IMG/VR virus record: IMGVR_UViG_3300024239_000003
Coordinates: 1-62,411 of that record
DNA length: 62,411 nucleotides
Strand: one strand, 5' to 3'
Origin: a virus
In this document: piece after piece, positions 22,661-34,600 of the stretch
Layout of the letters: every line of letters starts with the position of its first letter
Position numbering within the stretch: position 1 is the first letter of the stretch
Notes under the pieces: model-generated
Told to the model about the DNA's origin: nothing
Databases searched by the model: none
What the model saw: the letters and a program-made list of their open reading frames with translations, nothing else
Program-made: the position numbers and the translations under genes

Positions 22661-25600
22661 GTGGCAAAAGCACCGCTGTCGCCGCTCGAAAAGGTATTGT
22701 CGGAAGCCCCGTCCCAAGGTCTGCCGGACTTCCAATTCAACGCTACGGAGCGGCAGCCATCGGCTTCCAGCTCCGCCGCGCCGACCGAACTGATGCCGAT
22801 GTTCGAGCAGTCGGCGGTCAAGTACAACGTCCCGGTCAACGTCCTGCTCGCGCTCGGCGATCAGGAGTCGAGATTCAACCCGCGCGCGCTCGGCCAGCCT
22901 ACCAAGTGGGGCCGCGCCAAGGGGCTGATGCAGTATCTCGACAGCACCGCCGCGAACCTGGGGATCAACCCCTACGACCCGGCTCAGTCCATCGACGCCG
23001 CCGCGCGCCAGATACGCGAGCGTCTGGACAAGGGTTACTCCATGGAGGACGCGGTCAAGGAGCACTTCGCCGGCCCGGATCGCCGCCAGTGGGGGCCGAA
23101 GACCGCCCGCTACGGCGAGGAGGTCATGGAGAAGGTCGCAAAGTGGGGCGGCCAGTTCCAGCCGACCGGCGCCGCCGTTGCGTCCGGTGCGCCGGATCGC
23201 GCGGGCGCAGTTGCCGAACTCCAGAAGCAGCTCGATGCCGAGGAAGAAGGTCGGTACACGGCGCTTACGCCGGATCAGGTCGAGCGTTACCAGCGCCGCG
23301 CGGCTATGATGCAGGGCGATGCGCTCGCCGCCACCCAACCGTTTGTTCAGGTCAGCGCGCCGTCGCCGCTCACCATCGAGAACCAGCAGCGCCAGCAGCA
23401 ACAGCAGGCCGAGGCTCAGCCGTCGCCGCTCACCCTGGAGAACCAGAACCGTCTGGCCGCCGGCCTGCCGCCGAAGGACACCCGCGAGTATCAGGGTTTC
23501 CTCGAAGCCACGGGAGCATCGCTGGAAAACGTGCCCGAGCGCTTCCAGCAGTCGATTGCCGGCCTGATCCAGATGGCAGGCGAGGACCTGGGCCTGGAGC
23601 GCGAGCGCTTCATCGCTGACCGCGCGCGCCAGTACGGCATCACCCCCGGCGACATGAAGCTGCTGGCCTGGGCCGGCAACGAGAAGCTGATCGATCCGAA
23701 GACGCCGATCCCCGAGGCGCTGAAGACCGTCAAGCAGAACATCGCCCAGTCGCTCAACGAGCAGCAATTGAGGCAGCTCGACGCCGCCGGCATCATCAAC
23801 CCGAAGGAGATTTCGGCCTTCGCGCGTGACTGGCGCGAGCAGACAAAGAAGACCATGGTCGAGGTCCGCCCCGAGCCGGAGAGCATGGCCTACTACGGCA
23901 GCGCCGCCATTGGCTCGCTGGCCGAGATGGCGCCGATGCTGGCTGCTGCCGTCGTCACCCGTAATCCGCGCATCGCAACCGCCATCATGGGCGGTCAGGT
24001 GGGTGGTCAGGCCTACGCCACCGGCCGAGAGAGCGGCCTGAGCGAGGAGCAGGCGCAGACCTATGCCCTGCTGACTGCCGCCGCCGAGGCCGCGCCCGAG
24101 GCGCTTGTTCTCGGACGCCTGCTCAAGCCCGGCGCCGGCATCATGAAAAAGGCGCTCGAAGGCACCGTCTTGGAGGGCGCTCAGGAGGCGGTGACTGCCG
24201 CGCTCCAGGCTGGCATCGACAAGGGCTACATCAGCCCCGACATGACCTTGAAGGAAGCGCTGGTACAGGTGCGCGACAGCGCCATCATCGGTGCCATGAC
24301 CGGCGGCGCCTTGGGTGGCACGTTCGCCGGCGCCGAAAAGCTGACCAGCCGCAAGCCGGCGGAGCAGCGCGAGCGCATCGAGCCTACCGTCAGCGAGGAC
24401 GGCGCCACCCCGTCCGCCCAGCCGGCAGCGACCACTCCGGCCGCCCAGGCTGAAACGACCCCGGCCGCCGAGGCGCCGCAGGAAATCCAGGCCGCTCCGC
24501 CCGCGCCGCAGCCGGAGCCCCAGCCTGCACCGCAACCCGCTCCCCAGCCAGCACCGCAGCCGGAGCCGTCCGGCCAGCTCGGTCGCGCGCTCCAGAACGC
24601 CATGCCCGGCCGCGCCGAGGAGAGTGCCGCCGATGGTCAGCGCGTTGCCCTGATCGCCGAGGGCCTGGAGCCGATCACCGGCGCCGTGGTCTCCGAATCC
24701 CCGGACAGCCTGATGGTGCGCGGCGATGACGGCCAGAGCTACGAAATCACCCGCGACGAGATCGCCTCCGGCGCCGTCTCTGTGATGCCCGAGGAGCAGC
24801 TTGCCGCCCAGCAGGCCGCCGCGCCCGCTCAGGAACAGCAGGCCGCCCAGCCGGTCGAGGAGCCGGCTCCGGCGGAGCAGCAGGCCGAGCAGCAGGTCGA
24901 GCAACCGCAGTTGTTCGCCGAAACAGAACAGGCGGCTCCTATGTCCGAGCCCGCTCCCGAGGAGCGCAAGCCCGCGCGCACCTACGAGGAGATGGACGAG
25001 CCCGAGCTGCGCGAGCGCTTGAAGTACCTCGCCGGTCAGGCGCGCAACTCCGGCGGCTGGAACAAGACGCTCATGCAGGAGCGCCGGAAGATCGAGAAGG
25101 CCATCGAGGCGAAGAAGGCCGAGGCCGCCCCGGTCGAGCAGCCGGCCGTCGAGCCTGCGCCCGCCGTCGAACAGCCGACCGCCGAGCAGCCGGCCGCCGA
25201 GCAGGCGCCCGTCAAATGGTTCGGCAGTCGCGAGAAGGCCGATGCCTTCATCACCAAGAAGAAGCTGTCCGACAGCCACGAGGTTGTCGAAGCCGGCCGC
25301 TCGCGCTTCGAAATCCGCGAGAAGGCGCCCAAGGACGGTTGGGAAGACGTGCCCGGCTTCACCGACCGCAGCCGAAAGGAGGTCATGGACGCCGTCGTAG
25401 ACATGCGGAAGTTCAATCCAGGCATGGAGTTCCGCACCAAGGCAGTCGATGGAAAGCTGATCATCCAGAAGCGCAAGGCGCCTGCCGAGCAAGAGCAGGC
25501 CGCCCCGGCGCCTGCCGCGCAGCAGGAGCAGCCAAAGACCTCCGGCCACATCAACCGCGCCCGCAAGCTGATCGGCGCCGAGGTCGGCGATACCATCGTT

Positions 25601-28600
25601 CCGTCCGCCGATGTCGGCTATGCCTCCGGCGGAAAGCCCTACGTCATCGAGCGCATCGAGAAGAACGGCGAGGTCGTCGTCCGCAATGCGGAAACGAACT
25701 CCCGGACCAACCTGAGCCGGGCCGAGCTGGAGCGCGCCCGCCGCGCCGGAGTTACCTACGCCAAGCAGCAGGCCCTGGAAGAAGCCGGCGGCGACATGCG
25801 CGGCCAGGACATCAACAGCGAGTGGTCCGCGTTCGCGCCGGAGTCCGGCACCCTGAGCGTGCCGCGAGCCGAGATGCCGCAGATCAAGGCCGAGCATCGC
25901 GGCGCCATGGTCAACTTCCTGAACGCGCGCGGCATCGAGCACGAGGAGCAGACCGTCCCGGCCGACAGCCTGAAGCCGACGCAGGCGGAGTTCTCGCCCT
26001 CGAAGGTCGCCCAGGCGAAGGAGTTCACCGGCGGCGACCGCGCCATTCTCGTCTCCAGCGACGGCCATGTGCTGGACGGCCATCACCAGTGGCTCGCCAA
26101 GCGCGACGCCGGCGAGGACGTGCGCATCATCCGCCTGGACGCGCCGATCCGCGACCTGCTGCCGCTCGTGCATGAGTTCCCCAGCTCCACTCAGGCCGAA
26201 GGCGCATCTTCTGCTGCGCCGAGTGTTGCGAAAGCGGAAACTCCATCCGCAAAATCTGAACAGATCAATATCACCGTCGATGATGGCCTGATGCCGCGTG
26301 ATGACATGGCAAGAATCCAGAGCCGCGCCGGTGTTGAGGCATTCGCAATTGGCAGCGATCCAGAAACTGGCGCCGTTAAATTCAAGCGCGGCATGGAGTA
26401 CGGCGACTACAACATCAATCGTCTCGACACGAGCGGCGACTTCTACTCTCGTGAGGCATCCGCTAAGTTCAAGAACGATGGAACCTATCGCGTAGAGTTC
26501 GACGACGGCCGCGACCCGATTTCTGGAACATTCGACAAGGGCAACTACGTCGATAGCATCGTTGAGATATTGAAGCCGATTGCTGATGCTGTTCCGCGTG
26601 TAAACCGCTTCACTGGGAAACCAGTCGCAACCAAAGCACCTACCGCAGCGCCAAGCAAGGCGTCGCCAGCCGTCAGCGAGAACAAGGTCTTCACCGAGGA
26701 CGCCGCCGAGAAGGCCCGCGCCCTGCTGCGCTCGAAGCTGACCCAGCTGAACAGCGGTATTGACCCGGAGATCATGCAGGCCGGAATCACCCTGGCCGGC
26801 TACCATATCGAGAAGGGCGCGCGCACCTTCGCGGCCTATGCAAAGGCCATGGTCGGCGACCTGGGCGATGTCGTTCGCCCCTACCTGAAGTCGTGGTATA
26901 TGGGCGTGAAGTACGACCCGCGCGCCGCCGGCTTCGACGGAATGAGCACGGCGGCCGAGGTCGAAACTTTCGACGTGGACGCCCTGAGCGAGGAGACCCC
27001 GAATGAACCTGAACAGTTGGATCAGCCAAGCCAGGGAGCACTGGAAGGAGCACCTGCCGAACCGGTACAAGGAGCTGCAAGCCAAGAACCAGCTCGGGAA
27101 CGCCCTGCGCGGAGCAGCGGAGCGGACGCACGCCGAGATGAGCGAGCTGGAAGCGGCCGGGATGACGACGCACGAGGCCTGGGAAGCGACGAGGGAGCTG
27201 TACCTGTTCCCGCCGCAGGAGCAAGCCGAGACGGACGAGGCGGCGACCGGAGCGCTGTTCAACGAGGCGATGCAGGTAATCCAGCCCGATCCCGAGGACG
27301 GGGTGGTCGAGAGCCGCGCGGCGTAACACCGTCGCTGGGCGTCGTCGCCGAGCAGCGCCCTGCGAACTACACCATCACCGAGGCCGACGAGATCGGCCAG
27401 GGCGGCGCCAAGACCAAGTACCGGAACAACGTCGCCGCGATCCGGCTGCTGAAGCAGTTGGAGACCGATGGCCGCGCCGCTACCGCCTCGGAGCAGGTGG
27501 TCCTGGCGAAATACGTCGGCTGGGGCGGCATTCCGCAGGCCTTCGAGCGCAGCGACGGCAGCGCCAGCAAGGGCTGGGATAGCGAAGTCGCCGAGCTGAT
27601 GGGCCTGCTGACCGCCGAGGAATACCGCGCCGCCGCATCCTCCTCGAAGAACGCCCACTACACCGCGCCGGAGATCGTGCGCGCGATGTGGGGCGCCGTG
27701 GCCCGCCTGGGCTTCAACGGCGGCCGGGTGCTGGAGCCGTCTGTCGGCGTCGGCAACTTCTTCGGCCTGATGCCGCACGAGCTGCGCAAGGCTGCCGCGC
27801 TGAACGGCGTTGAGCTGGATCGCGTTACCAGCGGAATCGCCACCCAGCTCTACCCCGAGGCGAAGATCGCCCGCATGGGCTATCAGGACTACCTGATCCC
27901 TGACGGTCACTTCGATGTCGCCATCGGCAACCCGCCGTTCGGCCGCGAAAGCCTGTACGACGGGCGCCGCAAGGACCTGAGCGGCTTCAGTATCCACAAC
28001 TATTTCTTCGCCAAGAGCCTGGACGGCCTGCGCCCCGGCGGCGTGCTCGCCATGGTCGTGACCAATCGCATGATGGACGTGCCGGGCGACAAGGCGCGCC
28101 GCTACATGGCCGACCGCGCCGACTTCCTGGGCGCGATCCGCCTGCCGAACGACGCCTTCATGGCGAACGCCGGCACGTCCGTGACCACGGACATCATCTT
28201 CATGCGCCGCCGCGCCGAGGGCGAGCAGCCCGCCGGCGAGAGCTGGATGGAGGTGCGCGACTACACCGACAAGGACGGCAACACCGTCCCGCTGAACGAG
28301 TATTTCCACCGCCACCCGGAAATGATGCTCGGCGACTTCGGCGCCTACGGCTCCATGTACCGCGACGGCGAGCCTGCCCTGGTCGCCCGCGAGGGCCAGG
28401 ACACCCAGGCCGAGCTGACGCGCGCCATCGGCCGCCTGCCCGAGGGCGTCATGACCCAGTCGGCGCCGGTGAAGCCGGAGACCGCCGAGACCGTGCGCGC
28501 CGAGAACGTGCGCGTCGGCTCCATGTTCCTCGACGGCGACACCGTGAAGGTGCGCGGCGACGACGTGCTGGGCGAGAACACCGCCGAGGCTGTGACCTTC

Positions 28601-31600
28601 CCGAACGAGAAGGCCCGCGAGCGCGTCGTCGGCATGATCGGTATCCGCGACGTGCTGGCCCGCCTGCGCGGCCTGCAACTGGACCCGAGCGCCACCGACA
28701 AGCGGATCGAGGTCGCCCGCAAGGAGCTGAACGCAGCCTATGATGCCTTCGTCAAGGCGAACGGCCCGATCAACCTCGATGCCAACAAGCGCCTGTTCCG
28801 CGACGATCCGACGTGGCCGCAGCTCTCCGCCCTGGAGGACAACTTCGACAAGGGGCTGTCCGCCGCCATGGCGAAGAAGACCGGCGAGGAGCCGCGCAAG
28901 CCGAGCGCGCAGAAGGCCGCGATCTTCAGCAAGCGCACCCAGCAGCCGTATCAGGCGCCGACCAGCGCCGCGTCGGCGAAGGACGCCCTGGTCGCCAGTC
29001 TCGCCGAGACCGGCCGCGTAGACCTCGACCTGATGAGCGAGCTGTACGGCAAATCGCCCGACACCATCGTCAAGGAGCTGGGCGACCTCGTCTTCCGCGA
29101 CCCGGTGAAGGGCTACGTCACCCGCGACGAGTACCTGAGCGGTAACGTGAAGGCGAAGCTGGCCCAGGCCCGCGAGGCGGCCAAGAGCGATCCGGCATTC
29201 GCCGCGAACGTCGATGCCCTGGAGGCTGTGCAGCCTGCCGACATCGAGGCCGTGGACATCAACGTCAAGCCCGGCGCGCCGTGGGTTCCGCAGGAGACCA
29301 TGGCCGAGTTCGCCAACCACATCGCCGAGGGCAGCCGTGCCCGCGCGATCTACAACCCGGCGACCGCGAAGTGGTCGTTCCTGAACGTCGATGCCACCAC
29401 CGCAGCCGACCAGCGCTTCGCCACCGGCCGCGTCACCCTGACCGGCATCCTCGAAGCCGCGGCGAACCAGAAGACCCTACAGGTCTACGACTCGCACCCG
29501 GACGGCAGCCGCACCTTGAACGAGGGCGAAACCCAGCTCGCTAACGACAAGGTGAACGCGGTCAAGGAGGCTTGGGATCGTTGGGTTTGGGCGGATGATG
29601 CCCGGCGCGAGCGCCTGGGCCGCATCTACAACGACACCTACAACACCAACGTCGCGCGCGACTACGACGGCTCGCACCTGACATTCCCCGGCAAGGTCGG
29701 CGACGACATCATTTCCCTGCGCCCTCACCAGGGGAACGCCGTGTGGCGGATCGTGCAGGCCGATACGACCCTGCTGGATCACGTCGTCGGCGCCGGCAAG
29801 ACCTTCACCATGGTCGCCGGCGCGATGGAGCTGCGCCGCATGGGCCTCGCCAAGAAGCCCATGTTCGTGGTGCCGAACCACCTCGTCAGCCAGTGGGCCG
29901 CCGACTTCACCAAGCTCTACCCAGGCGCCAACGTGCTCGCGGCGAACAAGAAGGACTTCGAGAAGGAGAACCGCAAGCGCCTGTTCGCCCGGATCGCCAC
30001 CGGCGACTGGGACGCGGTGATCGTCGCGCACTCCAGTTTCGGCAAGGTCGAGGTGGAGCCGCACGAGCAGGCCGCATTCATTCAGGAGCAGGTCGATGAC
30101 CTCGACGCCTCTATCGAGCTGATGCGTCTGGTAGACGGCAAGAACAGCCGGAACGTCAAGGAGACGCAGAAGCGCCGCGACGCCTTGCAGGAGAAGCTGA
30201 AGAAGCTGATCGACGCCGACAACAAGGACGACAGCCTGTACTGGGGCGAGCTGGGCGTGGACGCCCTGTTCGTGGACGAGGCGCACGAGTTCAAGAACCT
30301 CGCGTTCTCCACCTCCATGAACCGCGTCGCAGGCCTGGGCGCGCAGACCGGCAGCCAGAAGGCGGCCGACCTGTTCCTGAAGGTCCGGCAGGTACTGAAG
30401 GCTACCGGCGGCCGCAACGTCGTGTTCGCTACCGGCACGCCGATCAGCAACACCATGGCCGAGATGTACACCATGCAGCGGTATCTCGACTATGTGAACC
30501 TGAAGGGCCAGGGCCTGAGCCACTTCGACGCCTGGGCGCGCATGTTCGGCGAGGTCGTGACCGACTGGGAGCTGTCGCCGTCCGGCAAGTACAAGATGAA
30601 CAGCCGGTTCGCCAAGTTCGTGAACATGCCGGAGCTGATGCAGCGCTACGGCTCCTTCGCCGACGTGGTGAACCGTGCGGACATCAACCGCATGCTCGCC
30701 GCCCAGGGCAAGAAGCTGCCGGTGCCGAAGGTGCGCGGCGGCAAGCCGGAGAACGTGGTCGTTCCGCGCAGCCAGGACCAAGCCAACTACATCGGCGAGC
30801 CGATCAAGGACGCGGACGGCAACGACACTGACGACTACCCGCGCGGCACGCTGGTATGGCGCTCCGAGAACCTGCCGAAGAAGGCGGAGAAGGGCTCGGA
30901 CAACATGCTGAAGATCATGGGCGACGCCCGGAAGGCCGCCCTGGATATGCGCCTGATCGACCCGAGCTACCCGGACTACGCCGGCAGCAAGGTCAACGAG
31001 GCCGCCGGCCGCATGAAGGAGCTGTACGACCGCTGGCACGAGGATCGCGGCACGCAACTGGTCTTCATCGACCTGTCCACGCCGAAGAACGCCCGTTCCG
31101 CCGAGGCCGAGCGCCTGCGCGACCTCGCCCGCCGGGCCGATGATGGCGACGAGGACGCGGCCGCCGAGCTGGATAAGGTCAGCCCCGACGAGCTGATGGC
31201 CCTGGACGGCGACTTCTCGGTCTACGACGACCTGAAGCAGAAGCTGATCGCCAAGGGCATCCCTGCCGACGAGATCGCCTTCATCCACGATGCCAAGACC
31301 GACCTCCAGAAGGAGGAGCTTTTCGGCAAGGTCCGCTCCGGCCGCGTGCGCTTCCTGTTCGGCTCCACCGCGAAGATGGGCGCCGGCACCAACGTGCAGG
31401 ACCGGCTGGTCGGCCTGCACCACATGGACGCCCCGTGGCGGCCTTCCGATCTGGAGCAGCGCGAGGGGCGGATCATCCGCCAGGGCAACAAGCTGTACGA
31501 GCGTGATCCCGAGGGCTTCGAGGTGGCGATCTTCCGCTACGCCACGAAGCAGACCCTGGACAGCCGCATGTGGCAGACCATCGAGGGCAAGGCCAACTTC

Positions 31601-34600
31601 ATCGAGCAGGTGCGCAAGGGCGCGTCCGGCACCCGCGAGATCGAGGACGTTGCCGGCGAGGCCGCGAACGCCGCCGAGATGAAGGCGGCCGCCAGCGGCA
31701 ACCCGCTGATCCTCGAAGAGATGAGCCTACGCCAGAAGATCAGGAAGCTCGAAAATGAGCGGATGAACCACGAGCGCGAGCAGTTCCGCCTGCGCGACAG
31801 CGTCCGCTCGGCGAAGCGCAGCATCGAGCGCGCTGACCGCCTGCTAGCCGAGCTGCGCGCCGACGCCAAGCGCGAGCTGCCCAAGGAGTTCGCCCTGACC
31901 ATCAACGGCGTGGAGTTCGACAAGCGCAAGGACGCTGGCGAGGCGATCCTGGCCCAGGCCGCCAAGATGGAGGCGAACGGAACCGAGGAGGCCGAGATCG
32001 GCCGCTACGGCGACTTCACCATTCGCCTGGAGCGCATCACCAAGGAGCGCTACGAGGCGCAGGTCGTGGGCGATGGCACCTATACCGCCGCCTTTGAACT
32101 CGACACCGATCCGCTCGGCCTGTCCATGCGCGTGACCAACACCGTCAAGGACCTGGGCGGAGCCATCGAGCAGGTCGAGCAGCGCAAGGCCCGTGCCCAG
32201 GCCGACATCCCGAAACTGGAGGAGCAGGCCGCCGACTGGTCGAAGCGCGACGAGCTGTCCCAGGCCAAGGGGCGCCACAACGACGTGCTCACCCAGTTGA
32301 AGCCGAAGAAGAAGGAGACGCCGCCGGCGCAGCAGCAGCCGGAGATCAAGGCGTCCATTGCAAAGCAGACGAGCACGCCCGAGTTCAAGCGCTGGTTCGG
32401 CGACAGCAAGGTGGTGGACGAGGACGGCCAGCCGCTGGTGGTCTATCACGGCTCCATCGTCCGCGACAGCCCGCGCACGCCGGGCATGGGCGACATCCAA
32501 GCGTTCGACCGCCTGTACACCACGCGATTCCGCAAGCCCTCCGTGGACACCATGGGGAGCTGGTTCAGCACCAACCCTGGCGAAGGTGGCGCACAGAAGT
32601 ATTCTGGCGCCCGCGAAGGCTCGGTGATCTATCCTGTCTACCTGTCCATCCAGAACCCGCAGGAAACCACGTTCCAGCTCCTGCTGCGCCGCGCCCGCCT
32701 GCTGGCCAATGGCGTCGATGATGGTCGCATGGTCGGTGAAGCGGAGGTTAACGCCTACCGCAAGTGGCTGAAGGAAATGGGCAAGGACGGCATCAAGATC
32801 GTCCATGATGAGTACGCCGAGAACGGTTCCACCGAGTTCAAGGACCAAACCGCGTGGGTTGTACTCGAACCCGAGCAGATCAAGAGCGCCACCGGAAACC
32901 GTGGCACCTTCGATCCGAACAGTGCAGACATTCGTTACTCCATCGCCGATCAGCTCCAGCGTGCGCTGAACGACGGGTCGCGTGTCGATGCCGTGGTGGA
33001 TGGCGAGCGTTTCAGCGTGCAGCCGGACGGCATGTACGAGCTGATCCGCTCCGACGCTATCGACCTGAAGTCTCCGGCGGAGATCGCCAGCCTCCCGGTG
33101 GCGGACGCCCGCGCCCGCGTCTTCGACGCTCTGCTGGCGAAGCGCGGCATCTCTATGCAGCACCAGAAGCTCGGCGCCATCAACTTCAACCGGGCCGGCA
33201 TCACCAAGAGCCGGGCGAACAGCAACGACCCGGCCAAGGTGAAGACCATCCCGCTGCTGGATCGCATCGTGGACGGCGCGCCTTACCTGGGCCGCCGCGA
33301 GGCTGACGGCACCGTCTATCACTACCTGGGCCGCCGCATCCGCGTGGACGGTGAGCCGATCACCACCATGATCACGCTGCGCGAGACCCCGGACGGTCGG
33401 ATCACCTACTACAACCACACCATGCTCAACGACGTTCGCACGATCATGGTGGAGCCGGACGATCCGTCCGTGAATGATCGGTACTACCGCCGCCCGGACC
33501 TGCGCTACGAGCTGATGAGCCTGTCGGCGCCGGCGAGCCCCGAGCGCATCCGTGCCGTGCTCACCGGCGGCCCGCTGGGCGCGCAGTTGCAGAAGCTGAT
33601 GGATGCCGGCCGGCTGGTCGTGCATGCCGACGCCAGCACCGTGCCGGGCGCGAGCGTTCCGGGCATGCAGGCCAAGACCTACGACGACGGAAGCGTCCAC
33701 ATGGTCGCCGCCAACGTCACGCCGCAGAACGCCCTGGCGGTCCTGCTGCACGAGATGTTCCACTCGGGCGCCCGTCCGCTGGTCGGGACGCGCCGCTGGG
33801 CGCAGCTCATGGTCCGCCTGGAGCAACTGTACAAGCAGTTCGAGAAGTCGAACGGTCGCGCGCGCCAGTTCTTCGACGCCGCCCGCAACCGCGTCGAGAC
33901 CGCCAAGCGCTACCTGCCGATGAGCGATGTGCTGGCGGTCGAGGAGTTCGGCGCCTACGCCATCGAGGAGTACGAGAGTGCGCCGGCAGCCGTCCGCCGC
34001 TGGGTGGACGACGTGATCGGCGCCATCAAGGACTTCCTGTTCCGCACCTTCGGCGTGCAGCTCGGGCAGGTCACGCCGGCGCAACTGCGCGCCATGGCCC
34101 TGGCTGCGATCCGCAGCGAGGCCCAGGCGCCGGGCGCCTCCTCGATGGACGGGGAGCGGTACTCCATCGCCAGCCTGCCGGAGAATGCCCCGAACGATAC
34201 CGAGGTGGAAGGCTGGTTCAGCCGGAAGCTGACCGACGCCATGGCCGGGCCGCGCAGCGGCGGCCGGTGGAGCATCCTCTCCCTGGCGCCCATGGACCGG
34301 ATGGTCGAGGAGCTGGCCGGCGGGAACCAACCGGCGCAGGAGTACCTGAACCTGAAGCGCGACATGGACGCCTACCGCTCGAAGAAGCATCAGCAGTTCG
34401 ACACCATCGCCCAGCGTTGGCTGAAGCTGATCGCCTTCGACCGGAAGGGCGCGCAGGAGATGGCCGACATCATGCACGAGGCCACCCTGGCGCAGACCGA
34501 CCCGGCCGAGCCGTTCAAGACCTCGATCACCAAGGCCGACGAGCAGGTGATGCAGTACCGTCCGAACAGCGAGGCCGCCGAGGAGGCCTTCGCCAAGAAG

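Noticed and set aside
24506-24570. Tandem PQPEPQPAPQPAPQPAPQPEP-coding repeats, the E/Q/P/A-rich tracts at about 24800-25210, and the portal Q/A-rich tail at about 7500-7666, considered as repeat elements or a CRISPR-like array
   Set aside because: They are in-frame low-complexity linkers with short, irregular periods. There is no repeat-spacer architecture anywhere in the window.
25216-26175. Same-strand alternative-frame ORFs inside the giant gene (for example 25216..26175 at 319 aa, 23319..23567, 28740..29145, 36391..36957)
   Set aside because: They have Arg/Pro/Ala-rich off-frame composition and no SD/start context. Only 27003..27326 differs, which is why it alone is reported.
21257-29320. 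2687-aa ORF on the minus strand, and similar giants at 31844..37072 (1742 aa), 5699..8542 (947 aa), 16808..19168 (786 aa), 29477..31423 and 8783..10453
   Set aside because: They lie antisense to well-supported genes with recognisable domains. Their translations are monotonous Arg/Gly/Ala/Leu/Val-rich text with no motifs. These are typical shadow ORFs of GC-rich DNA, where stop codons are rare.
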